Shown: piece after piece, positions 12,869-25,214 of the stretch
How the letters are laid out: each line of letters starts with the position of its first letter
How positions within the stretch are numbered: position 1 is the first letter of the stretch
NCBI RefSeq assembly: GCF_006345805.1
Contig: NW_021833988.1
Coordinates: 1 to 59,131, forward strand
Length of the DNA stretch: 59,131 bases
Direction: 5' to 3'
Origin: Octopus sinensis
Taxonomy: Eukaryota
The notes under the pieces: generated by a model
Seen by the model: only the letters and a program-made list of their open reading frames with translations
Database searches by the model: none
Told to the model about the DNA's origin: nothing
Program-made: the position numbers and the translations under genes

Positions 12869-12941
12869 GTCTCCCTAATACAACATAACTCATCAAACGA
12901 GAAGCCGAAAGGTGTCTATGACCGCCATCTTGGTACTGAAT
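12869..12941 (-). other. Candidate 73-nt exon
   Basis: Minus: aaaatatttAG|ATTCAGTACCAAGATGGCGG...GGGAGAC|GTGAGT. Perfect donor and modest acceptor; one frame is open (IQYQDGGHRHLSASRLMSYVVLGR). Not length-symmetric. Confidence 0.25.
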
Positions 12942-13192
12942 CTAAATATTTTAATTAAAGAATTTATGGGAAATTTCCATTGAAAACCACTAAGATTATT
13001 ATTTTATTATTATTATTATTATTATTATTTAAGAAATCGTTGTCGTTGGTGGTTGTTGAGGGCGGGGTGAAATTTGATCTCTTCATTTAAGAGAAGAAAC
13101 GGTCACACACTTGTCACACAAACATATCTAACGGCACACGCGCTCTCTTTCAATCTCTCCTCTCTCTCTCTCTCTCTCTCTGTCGGTCTCTC

Positions 13193-13251
<59 letters not shown>

Positions 13252-13763
13252 GCTCTCTCTATTGCACTCTCTCTCTCTCTATTGTTCTCTATCTCCTCCT
13301 CTCTATTGCTCTCTCTCCTACCTCTTTCACACGCGCATGCACACACACACACCACACACACACACACCCCTACTTGTAAATCATTTTGCACTTCTGGTTC
13401 GGTGGAGCAACCAACAATCACCAGCGCCATTTTGCTGGCGGCGGCCATTTTAACTTTCGTTAACTATTTATTGGTTTTGTTGTTGTTCCACTTAGTCCGA
13501 CAACAAGATTGCTATTGAGACATAAGGTGAGGGTTAGGAGGAGGACAAGACCTGAGAAAGGGTCAGGCCGATGAGTGGTGGCGGTGGGGGGAGAGGTGAG
13601 GAGACTGTCAGTCGCCATTGTTCTTAATCTTGCTGTAATTATGACCACAATGTAAACAAAAGCCAACACAAGACGGGTGCGTGTGTGTGTATGTGTGCGT
13701 GTGTGTGTGTACGTGTGTATGTGTGTGCCTGTACATGTGTGTGTTCGTGTATGTGTGTGAGTA

Positions 13764-13839
<76 letters not shown>

Positions 13840-14002
13840 CACACATACACACACAGATGGCTATAGCCGATGGGGTCGAGTCAATCGCCGTGTCATTCCG
13901 ATGCAACAAAAGATTGATTTTCTTATCAGATAATTGGTTGCGTATACTGTACAGAGGATGTAATGCCAATCATACAAGTGGATTGCATTATATATATATA
14001 TG

Positions 14003-14252
14003 TAAAAGTAATAAGTGACAATTATTCGGTAGCCATGATAAAACTCCGAGTTTCGGATGCCGTGATGAAAATCCACGCCGCCATCTCTTCAGTCATCTGG
14101 CCATCGGAAAAAAGAAGCTATGAAAATGACCGTTATACAGAGGGAAATTACTGTGTGATTGACCGTTAAGAGAATGACCGCTACGTGAAGGGAGGAAGTA
14201 AAAGTAAAGAGTTTTATCATGGCTACCAAATAATTGTCACATATTACTTTTA
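14003..14252. mobile_element. Fold-back mini-element with 44-bp inverted arms (Penelope-like inverted terminal repeat)
   Basis: Arms 14003-14046 and 14209-14252 are reverse complements with 2 mismatches. Starts next to (TA)n and contains a hammerhead motif. Confidence 0.8.
14037..14097 (-). ncRNA. Type-I hammerhead ribozyme motif
   Basis: Minus: GATGA-CTGAAGA-GATG...CATC(C)-GAA-ACTCGGAGT-T/TTATC. Stem I GATGA:TTATC, intact core, stem II with one bulged C, near-palindromic stem III, GUU cleavage triplet. Confidence 0.7.
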
Positions 14253-14322
14253 GAGATAAATTCCTTTATTTACATAATATCGAGGTCTCTTTCATTCTTT
14301 TGTTGTCTTACCATTTCTATCA

Positions 14323-14359
<37 letters not shown>

Positions 14360-14368
14360 CGTGTGTGA

Positions 14369-14406
<38 letters not shown>

Positions 14407-14889
14407 GTGTGTGTGTGAATATATATACATGTGTGTGTGTAAATATATATATGTGTGTGTCTGTGTGTGTGAATATATATATATGTGTGTGTGTCTGTGT
14501 GCGTGAATATATATTATATATGTGTGTGTGTGTGAATATATATATATATTGGACTCACATGACGGGTTTCTTCCACTCACAAGGCTATAAAAGAAAGCAC
14601 TTACCCAAGTTGTCACGCAGTGGGACTGAACCCGCAACCATGTGGTTGGGAAGCGAACTTTTTAGCACTCAGCTACGCCTTTGTTAATATATATATATGT
14701 TAATATATTTGTTGAATTTTTTCTAAACTTCAGCAGTTTAAGCTACAATGAGTAATAAGCTAAGAGTACCGCGGGATGACATTTTTCTCATGTTTCAAGA
14801 TCATTGACCTCTAAATCTTCCTTCTTCCCGAAGAAATAAAGAGAAAAGCTGATTCAAATGAAATCTAATATTTTTCGAATCCCTTGTGC

Positions 14890-15475
14890 GGCGCGCTGGC
14901 AGAATCGTTGGGTCACCAGGCAAAATGCTTAGCGGCATTTAGTCCGTCTTTGCGTTCTGAGTTCAAATCTGCCGAGGTCGGCTTTGCCTTTCATCCTTTC
15001 GGGGTCGATTAAATAAGTACCAGTTACGCATTGGGGTCGATATAATCGACTTAATCCATTTGTCTGTCCTAGTTCGTTCCCTCTGTGGGTAGTAAAGAAA
15101 TAGGTATTTCGTCCGTCTTTACGTTCTGAGTTCAAATCCGCCGAGGTCGGCTTTGCCTTTCGTCCTTTCGGGGTCAATAAAATAAGTACCAGTCAACCAC
15201 CGGGCTTGATTGATCGATTATTTCAGGCCTTGTGCCTTAAATAGAAAGAATTATTATTAAGGTGGGGAGCTGACAGAATCGCTAGAACGCCAAGGAAAAT
15301 ACTTAGCGACATTTCGTCTGTGTTTACTTTCGGAGTTCAAATTCTGCTGAGGTTTGACTTGGCGTTTTACACCTTCGGGGTCAATAAAATAGGTACCAGT
15401 TGAGTACTGGGGTCGATGTAATCGAGTTACCTTCTGTCCCGAAAGTGCTGGCCTTGTGCCAAAATTTGAAATCAA
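14890..15475 (+). mobile_element. Tandem SINE-A copies (two with heads, one partial)
   Basis: ctggcagaatcgtt...gagttcaaatctgccgaggtcgg at about 14897; partial repeat 15103-15245; third copy from 15257. Confidence 0.9.
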
Positions 15476-15659
15476 TATTTTCCGAATCTCAATTGGTTCT
15501 ACGGATTGTTGTATTACTGCTCTTTATTCTAGTATAAATAACCATATCTATTACGCTACGTTATTCAGTGTGATCTTCGTATTTTAAGCCCTTGAAGAAA
15601 TTCTGCTGCTATTTCTAGCAGATCTATTGACCACGTCGAGGAGGTTCCTCATTAACCGT

Positions 15660-15915
15660 AACTGAACCGCTTGTTACAAGGACGTAAACACACCAACACT
15701 GGCTGTCAAGCGGTGGTGGCGACGGAGCACGCATGCTCATATATATATATATACACACACAACGGGGTTATTTCAGCTTCCGTCGACCAAATCCACTCAC
15801 AAGGATTTTGGTCGGCCCGGGATTATAGTAGAAGACGCTTACTCAATGTGCCACACAGTCGGATTGAACCCGAGACCATGTGGCTGGGAAACAAAATTAT
15901 GACCACACCGCCACG
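15660..15915 (-). mobile_element. SINE family B (diverged)
   Basis: ggacgtaaacacacc...ccaaatccactcacaagg...gaacccgagaccatgtgg on plus. Confidence 0.8.
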
Positions 15916-15934
15916 CCCGCGCCCAATAAATGTA

Positions 15935-16350
15935 TACGCAGGAGTGGCTGTGTGGTAAGTAGCTTGCTTACCAACCACATGGTTCCGGGTTCAGTCCCAC
16001 TGTGTGGCATCTTGGGCAAGTGTCTTCTGCTATAGCCCCGGGCCGACCAATGCCTTGTGAGTGGATTTGGTAGACGGAAACTGAAAGAAGCCTGTCGTAT
16101 ATATGTATATATATATAAGTGTGTGTGTGTGTGTGAGTGTGTGTGTGTTTGTGTATCTGTGTTTGTCCCCCTAGCATTGCTTGACAACCGATGCTGGTAT
16201 GTTTACGTCCCCGTCACTTAGCGGTTCGGCAAAAAGAGACCGATAGAATAAGTACTGGGCTTACAAAGAATAAGTCCCGGGGTCGAGTTGCTCGACTAAA
16301 GGCGGTGCTCCAGCATGGCCGCAGTCAAATGACTGAAACAAGTAAAAGAG
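15935..16350 (+). mobile_element. SINE family B, full length
   Basis: gcaggagtggctgtgtggtaagtagc (A box), gggttcagtccc (B box), catcttgggcaagtgtcttc (CORE-like), tail ...gcagtcaaatgactgaaacaagtaaaagagta. Confidence 0.95.
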
Positions 16351-16700
16351 TATTCATGTGTGTAGGCGGTAGTGCAAACTTAATAGTTTTAATCCATTGT
16401 CGAATTTGGTTCAATTCTTTTGTTTTAGTTTAGAGACGACGACATCAACAACTCAGCCATTTTTTTTTCTCTCCCAGATAAAAATTTGTAGCCTTTTACT
16501 TTAGAAAAAAAAGAAACGAAACAAAATGAAGACGTCTCTATATATTTATTGGCTTCCCGACACCTTTGTGGTAGGGATCCGTACATCTCTACCCTCGTCC
16601 CCACTTCACTCGGCCAAACAAACAATTTTCGATGCTTTATGAGCGTGAAAATGTCATTTCGTTACCCTTGAAATATCGTATGGTTTCTCTCATTTAGCTG

Positions 16701-16737
<37 letters not shown>

Positions 16738-17069
16738 GTTGTGTGTGTGTGTGTGCATTGTGTGTGTGTGTGTGTGTGTGCATTGTGTGTGTGTGTGTGT
16801 GTGTGTGCATTGTGTGGAGGGGGAACGTTGATTAGAGAGGATAAAGGGATTTAAACAATCTTTCATGCTTTTCTCTTACCCTCTTATTTCTTTCAGTTCT
16901 TGCTCTCTCTCTCAAGTTCTCTCTCTCTTCTTTGCTCTTCTTTTCTCACTTCTTTGCTCTTCCTTTCCCTCTTCCTTTCTCTCTTCATTGCTCTTCCCCC
17001 TCTCTCCGCTCTTTCTTTTCAGATTTCTCTTTCTCTCCTCTCTTCACTGTTTTCTCCTCTCTCGTTCTT

Positions 17070-17385
17070 CCCCCTCTTTCTCTCGCTCTCCCTCTCTTCC
17101 TCTAGCTCTCCCCCTCTTCCTCTCGCTCTCCCCCTCTTCCTCTAGCTCTCCCCCTCTTCCTCTCGCTCTCCCCCTCTTCCCCTCGCTCTTCCCCCTCTTT
17201 CTCTCGCTCTTCCCCCTCTTTCTCTTGCTCTTCCCCCTCTTTCTCTCGCGCTTCCCCCTCTTTCTCTCGCGCTTCCCCCTCTTTCTCTCGCGCTTCCCCC
17301 TCTTTCGCTCTTCCCCCTCTTTCGCTCTTCCCCCTCTTTCGCTCTTCCCCCTCTTTCGCTCTTCCCCCTCTTTCTCTCGCCAGTC
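17070..17385. repeat. CT-rich minisatellite (about 21-bp unit shrinking to 17-bp unit)
   Basis: gctcttccccctctttctctc-type units changing to gctcttccccctctttc. Confidence 0.9.
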
Positions 17386-17568
17386 CTCCCTATTCTAATA
17401 CATTACTAATACGGAACACTCCATTGACCCTCTGTTGACAATTCTCAAATATTTCTTCTCACAGTATATTCTACAACTACTACATGCACACACACACATG
17501 CAAAACAAGGTGGAAAAATAGTACTCGAATACCAAAGGTAGAGCAATATACGATTTTATTAAAACCGA

Positions 17569-17703
17569 AAAAAATCTTCACAAACTGTTACTCAGTTACA
17601 CGTGACCATTCAGGTGACCATTCACGTGACATTTGTGCTAATACTACGGCAAATGTATGAACGGTCACGTGAAACACTGCGTAACAGTTTGTGAAGATTT
17701 TTT
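17569..17703. mobile_element. Fold-back mini-element with decayed hammerhead
   Basis: Arms aaaaaatcttcacaaactgttactcagttacacgtgacc (17569-17607) and ggtcacgtgaaacactgcgtaacagtttgtgaagattttt (17663-17703). Plus-strand relic tgt[ctg]atga-acg gtca cgt-GAA-ACACTGCGT-A/acag. Confidence 0.6.
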
Positions 17704-17794
17704 GCGACTCTTTTAAAGTTGTGTGTTTGTGTGTACACGCACGCATCTGTATATACATATTTAGGTGTATGTGTGTGTGTGTATAGTATATATA

Positions 17795-17899
<105 letters not shown>

Positions 17900-17934
17900 A
17901 TGCGTGTGTGTATGTATAGTTGCACATATGCTTA

Positions 17935-18212
17935 TATCACCGTGATCACCATGCCCGACCAGGCTATCAGATGTTGCAACACATCGTTGGTCACAATGCG
18001 GTTCGCATTGTTTTAGCCTTCAAATGACGCCACCCCGCTGAGAAAGTTGTGGCTAAAGATTACAGCAGGGATCGCCACCATCCCCTGCCGGAGCCTCGTG
18101 GAGCTTTAGGTGTTTTTGCTCAATAAACACTCACAACGGTCGGTATGGGAATCGAAACCGCGATCCTACAACCGAGAGTCCGCTGTCCTAACCACTGGGC
18201 CATTGCGCCTTC
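17935..18212 (-). mobile_element. tRNA-derived SINE, C-related subfamily
   Basis: Minus head gaaggcgcaatggcccagtggttaggacagcggactctcggttgtaggatcgcggtttcgattccc. Confidence 0.8.
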
Positions 18213-18324
18213 ACACATATGTTTATATATATATACACACATATTTACTTTGCTGTGTGCAACTCGTACTCACACACACATATCAATTCGACTATATAAA
18301 TACACACATACACACACATACACA

Positions 18325-18358
<34 letters not shown>

Positions 18359-18668
18359 TTCATAAAAATACATACATCGTGCAAAGCTTGATTCGTCATA
18401 CATAAAAGCTTCTCCATAATCCACGAGTACTGCATGACGGGTAGCATGCACCCCGGGAGTTTGGTGGGGTGGGGTGGGGTGGACGAGAACAGGATGTTAA
18501 TTTCCCCGACACTTCACACATCAATAATTACACGCTTGAATGAGTTCAGTGTTATCCCCGTAAAGATAGTGGTGCCGCTGGTTTGCCTTCATGTCGAATA
18601 ACAGAACCCTGTCTGTACAATACTGTTGCGTAGACAATATCTAACGATACACGTGCTGCTAGTTCCGC

Positions 18669-18714
<46 letters not shown>

Positions 18715-19054
18715 ACCTACGTAGTAGACACACAATCATGTCGAATTTACTTATATCTCCGAAAAATTGAAAAAAAGTTGAACAGACTTAATCGATTTTC
18801 GGAACTTATTGAGGTCTCGTCAGAAGTGTTTACATCGCTTGACCAATTGTGAGAAGCAAGTAACGATTCTGTTTATGCACACATCAAATTCAGTCGTTCT
18901 AGAAAACTGGAGCTATAATTTGCATACTATAAATGTTTAACACTTGATTGAAATATCAAACGCCTGACAACGCAGTCCACGCAGTATCGAGTCATGTGAC
19001 TGTATTAAGTATTCATAAAATGTTTTTAGCAATTAGATTTTTTTAATTTATTTT

Positions 19055-19216
19055 TACCGTATTTTAACGTGTATAAGGAACCCTTTTTGTCAAAAATTAG
19101 GTTTAAAAATATTGGAGTTTCTTATATATGGATAGTATTATAAACCTTTACAAAACTTTTCTTTCAAATTTTAAGCGCTCTCCAAAATTAGGGGGGGTCC
19201 CTCATACACGTAAAAA
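19055..19216. mobile_element. Degenerate pogo/Tc2-like MITE
   Basis: Left taccgtattttaacgtgtataagg and right cctctcatacacgtaaaaaa are imperfect inverted termini. Confidence 0.4.
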
Positions 19217-19751
19217 AGAATATTCAGAGTTGTTTTAGATGTGCCTTTCTATGAATGGAAAGGGTAGTGTTATGTTGATGGGTTTAGAGTAGCATGGTGG
19301 TTCGCTGGGAAGTCGAAAAGTGGGTGGGGGGGGCGAATTGACTTATTTTTGTATATTCTTAGAATTTTGGTCTGTTTTGAAATATGTGTACGTGTACTAA
19401 CACATTTAGAAATATGAATTGGCACAGACACACACACAAACAGGAGTACACTTGTATTAAAACGACGGTATATATGGGTATACATACACACACACACATA
19501 CAGAAACAAGCACATATTCAGGGTTACTCACATACACCCACACATTTATACCAACACGCATGCACGCACAACATCCATATAAATATAGACGTGTGGGAGT
19601 ACGTACACGTCCGTACATTTATGAATACACACACACACACACACACACACACGTATGCGCGTACACATATACACAATCATATAAGCTCCGTATATACGTC
19701 CATATTTGTATGATTACCATGCTACCTAGACATACATACATATGTGTGTAT

Positions 19752-19810
<59 letters not shown>

Positions 19811-19989
19811 TACACAAATGATTCATCTTTATGTCATTTCGGTAATTAATTGAAATTCTTGACCAAAAATATGTTCCCCCCGTTTCCTCCGATGTACAGA
19901 CCTCGACACCCAACACGCTCCAACCTATCAAACCCACATATCTACTGCCCCCCCCCCTCAACAACAAACAACAAAGACTTGTAATGGCG

Positions 19990-20099
19990 GCTATTGTACT
20001 ATTTCCGTCTGCCGTATCTTTATCGTCATCAACGCCATCAACAACAACAGCAGCAGTATTACAGACACCATCAGTAGTAGTAGTAGTAGTAGTAGTAGT

Positions 20100-20133
<34 letters not shown>

Positions 20134-20455
20134 GCGGCAGCAGTAGTAGTTTCTTGTATCTTCATCATTAGGATCACCAACCATCATCACCACAATAGCC
20201 ATCACTCATTCATTACGATCACTACCAGTCTCTCACCTTCGCCATTTTCCTCATCGATATCATCATCATCATCGCCATCATTATCATCATTCGTAATCAT
20301 AAGCCTCACTTTCATGATCACTTCGCTCATCATCATCATCATCATCACCACCATCGTCATCATCACCGCCGCCATCATTCTTATCTCCGTCCACCAATAC
20401 AAAATTAGTACTATAATCATCATCATCATCATCAGCCTCGTCATTATTATTGAAT
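19990..20455. repeat. Trinucleotide microsatellite series (TCA/ACA/AGT/AGC/CAT)
   Basis: (agt)n-(agc)n then imperfect (cat)n. Explains the poly-V/A/T/I ORFs. Confidence 0.9.
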
Positions 20456-21774
20456 AATAGCCCCTACTATGATGACGTCATCAAATACTAAACCTAGAGA
20501 ACCTTACACAATAGGAAAAGAGGTTTTTGCTTTTATTTTTTATCTTTTCATTGTTTTGCGTGGGTGGATTGGAGGATGGGGTGGGGACGGAAGGTTGTTG
20601 TTTTCAGAACTTTTGACCAAATTCTTTGCATAAAAAAAAATAAATAAATAAAAGCTACCCCCTGAATGACAACAAAGGGTTCTTTAGAAATATCTTTAAA
20701 ATACCAATCGCCATCAATTATTATTACTACTACCATTATTATTGTTATTATTATTATTATTATTACCATTATTATTTTCACAATTCATTGTATTAAGTTG
20801 CAACTCTTTACGTCCACAGTTCATATCTCATTGAGATGAACTTTGCCTTTCGTCCTTTTGGAATCGATAAAATACCAGTCAAATGCTAGGGTCTATACAA
20901 TTGACTAACGTCCTCCACTTAAAATCGCTGGCGTTGCGCCAAAATTTGGAAGTTTTAGTTTCATAATTCAATCTGGTATTTAGTTGTGTCTCCTTACGGT
21001 CTGAGTTCAAATCCCGCCGATGTCAACTTCACCTTTTTTTCAATGAGGTATATAATCCACGAACACCCACTTCCCTAAGATTACTGATCTTTTACCAAAG
21101 TTTGAAACACTTTTCAAAGTAATCTCTATAGATTTTCTACAGAAGTTAGAGCCGACACTGAGAGTTACGTTTCCTATCTTAACCTTATACGAATACGTCT
21201 ATGTAAACAAAGCAATCGAAGATAGAGAGATAGGTAATCGGTGTATATGCATATTTCAGGAATTGTTGCTCCTTTATCAGTGCTAAGTATCAATTTTATA
21301 ATTTATTTTAGTATTTAGTTACGTTTCTTAATGTTCTGAGTTTAAATTTCATCAAAGTCGCTTTACCTTTCGTTATTTTTTCCCAATGTTTCATAAAATA
21401 AGTACCAGTGAAGCATTGGAATCAATAAAATCAGCTACTTCCACCCCCATCCAAAATGTATGGCCATGTTAGAAATACCTATATTGCTTTTTGTTTTCTT
21501 CCTCACCATTTTCAAGACAGCGCCCACAATTCTCTCAGCTCAGTGATATTGATATGGATAGTGTTAGGTCTGGAACATTTGTGGGTCAATAACTTCCAGA
21601 TTGGTAAGATTGTGGTTGATTTTCAGGCTGCCCAACTCAATGTCAACGACAGGGCAAAAAAAGAAAAGTCTAGAGGTGAGACAACGGATGGGATTCTGTG
21701 ATTCTACAACATGCTAGAAATACAAACCGAAACCGAATTTCACTCAAATTAGCCACCGTCCAACTAAATATGTT

Positions 21775-21985
21775 TCTGTTTCTTTATTACCCACAAGGGG
21801 CTAAACATAGAGGGGACAAACAAGGACAGACAAAGGGATTAAGTCGATTACATCGACTCCAGTGCGTAACTGGTACTTAATTTATCGACCCCGAAAGGAT
21901 GAAAGGTAAAGTCGATCTCGGCGGAATTTGAACTCAGAACGTAACGGCAGACGAAATACGGCTACGCATTTCGCCCGGTGTGCTA
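21775..21985 (-). mobile_element. SINE family A
   Basis: Reverse complement of the family-A body (ggcggaatttgaactcagaacgtaacggcagacgaaatac). Confidence 0.9.
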
Positions 21986-22284
21986 AGACAAGAGGAGGAT
22001 AGAGATGAGCCTACGAGCGGGCTTCTATGTGGTTCCACAACAAACTAGAAACAGAAACCGAATCCAGCTCAAATTAGGCTTTATCGTCCTAGAGGATGCA
22101 TTGTTTGAAATGTAGGCCAGAATACGATGGCTGGAATGCTTGGGGATCATAAGTCTGCTGAAGTGAAACAGAGATGGAGATTAGACAACGAAAACAACAG
22201 CTAAAAATGGATAGAAAGGAGCTTTCAGAGGATTAGCAGTGAGAAGGAAAAAGGATTGGAAGGGCTACTGCATATTTGAGAATG

Positions 22285-22316
<32 letters not shown>

Positions 22317-22519
22317 ACACACACACACACACACACACGTCTCTCTTACACATTCTATGCCAAGTAAACGTAGCGGGTGGGGATGGTGTAAAAGGTGATA
22401 AGCAACCCGATGACCTGAGGAGCACAGGAATGGTGATGGTAGTGGTGATAGTATTGGTGGTGGTAGTAGTAGTACTAGTGGTAGTAGAGGTGGTGGTGGT
22501 GGTAGTTGTGAAGGTGGAG

Positions 22520-22690
22520 TATATATAAAGCGGGGGTGGATGCGTCTGTGGGCTTATAGCCTTGGTGAACCAGCCCGCTATGCTAACCGGGGAGGTTTTC
22601 GCTGACGCAAAACCGGAAACAGCGCCATATTTCTACCACAATTTTTTTCCTAATTTTTTTCCTAATCACGTGACCGGAAGAAGCGAAAGA
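22520..22690 (+). promoter_or_regulatory. Promoter-like motif cluster
   Basis: TATATAAAG 22522-30, TGACGCAA 22603-10, CCGGAAA 22613-19, TCACGTGAC 22666-74 and CCGGAAG 22674-80, all in non-repetitive CpG-containing sequence. Confidence 0.4.
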
Positions 22691-23361
22691 ACGAACAAAA
22701 GAATGAATTATTTATTTATTTCATTATTTTCGTTTTTGTTTCTTTGTTTTATTTGCATTTTGTCATTCGGTTGTTACTTTTGCTTCACAACGAAATCTCC
22801 TGAGATTTTTTTAGCAGTGGGTGGCCGAATGTAGAACGTCGTGTTGGAAACGCTGCTTGAACAGACGGTTTCTGCAGAATATTCTAGGAATGGGTCGCTC
22901 TGTCAGGTCATTCATAGAACGGTGGTAAAATTGGCAAGGCGGTATATATAACTTTGCACACACACATACACACACCACACACACACATGTATATGTGTGC
23001 ATATACATTTGAATATAAGTGCATTATGTACGTATATATAAATGCATATACTCAAATAAATGTGTAAGCAAATACGTGTGTGTGTGTATGTGTGTGTATA
23101 CACACTCTCACAGACGTACGAACAAATATATGCATGTATATAATATATATACCCATTTATGCACGTATGAACACATGTATGTGTGCACACATGTATGTGT
23201 ATATATATATATATATATATGTGTATATATATGTGTATATATGTGTGTATGTATATGTGTGTGTATATATATATGTGTGTATATATGTGTATATGTGTGT
23301 ATATATGTGTATATATGTGTGTATGTATATGTGGCTATATATATGTGTGTATGTATGTATG

Positions 23362-23394
<33 letters not shown>

Positions 23395-24395
23395 GTGTGT
23401 GTCTATACATACACGCACGATACACACACACGTACCCACGCAAGCGGGCAGGGGGAGAAAACGGTGTACGTATACACATGTAGAAATTGGAAACAAAATC
23501 CTGTCAACATTTGTTAGTTATTTCAGAACAACTCATCTATTTTAATAAAACCAAGCAAACTCTCGAGGGACAAATTCTATTTGGCAATGAGAGAATGACA
23601 AAATCTAGAGTTAGTTTATTGAAATCCGTGTGAGCGGAGCAATTACTGTAATTCTTTTAATGTGTGTGTGTGTGCCTGTGTTTTCTGTGTGTTTTCTGTG
23701 TGTATCGCCCCAGGGCAAGCACGACGTGAACGGATGATGTGCGTGTGATTGTGTGTCTGTGGATGCACACACTTAAACATGCACGCTTATACGTCCTCGT
23801 GCGCGCACCGACACACAATGCGCGCATACATAGGGCCACATACGCGTAAGAGCGCACACGGGGTCACATGCGTGCGCATCCTCCTGGACCAGATATTTTG
23901 TTACTAAGCTGAGAAGTTAAAGGGTTTGTTTTACCGTGATGGGACCTCATAATTTGTTCATGGCATTATGGTTTTCTGAGCGATTTTATTTATTGTTGTG
24001 AGTGAAACTGTGTAGGCAAGAACTGATGTGACAACCCATTGGTGCCGCCGTGAGTGAAAAGTAAATGCGTCTGTAAGATACTCAGCCGTTTATACCTTAT
24101 TATAATGAGTAGGTTGTTCAGTTGGTTTGACAACTTGAAAATTCGCCGTCGAAACTGACGGAGGTCCATTTATTTTGCTAACACACACAAACATATGCAC
24201 ATTGTGTGTGTGAACACATCATCCCATATCATTTAAAATGTTTTATACACACACACACACGCACACATATTGTCCATATACATATATTTACATGCGTACA
24301 TATACATGTATGTATGTGTATATATTACATATACACATTAGTATGTATATTATATTATATATTCACATAAGTAGTGTGTGTATATATAATGCATA

Positions 24396-24431
<36 letters not shown>

Positions 24432-24452
24432 GCATACACATCTACTTGGGCA

Positions 24453-24528
<76 letters not shown>

Positions 24529-24627
24529 ATATATATATATTATATAATATATATATATATATACCCCTGTGTGTGTATGTAGACTATATATGTGAACGCA
24601 CATATATTACGTGTATATATATATATA

Positions 24628-24675
<48 letters not shown>

Positions 24676-25214
24676 CACGTACGTGTACATATGTACGTCG
24701 TCTGTGTGTAGTATACATGTTATACATGTACATATAATCTCCTGGTATATTTTTCCCCACTACAAACATGTTCTCTCTGCTTTTACAAACAGATGATCGC
24801 ATATATTACGTTGTTCCTACAACTTCTCTTATGTCTAACAATTGTTGCAACGATGTTTTATTTCAACTCCATACAACACACACAAATAACACACACACAC
24901 ACACACACACAGTTACACACTCTTCAAAATAGTTGTTCATTTGAGATTTACACAAGACGTTTTGTCTTTACAAAATTTTCTCTTTACGATTTTTATTCTT
25001 TCGTTTTATCGTCTGCTAGGTAGAGAAAGAGAGAGAGAGGAAGGTTTATATGTAAATCGACCAGACGTTTTTAGTCGTCTGCGCCTCAAATTAATGTCTG
25101 TAACGTTTAACCCTTTTTGTTACCATATTTCTGTTGAAGTATACGGTCTTTGTTTTTTATTCATTTGCAAAATATTGAAAACCTTAGTAAAATAGCTCTG
25201 TCATTACTGACCTC

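Noticed and set aside
20470-20483. 14-bp perfect palindrome tgatgacgtcatca
   Set aside because: Adjacent to (CAT)n/(TGA)n repeats that generate it easily; a single CRE-like site is not enough.
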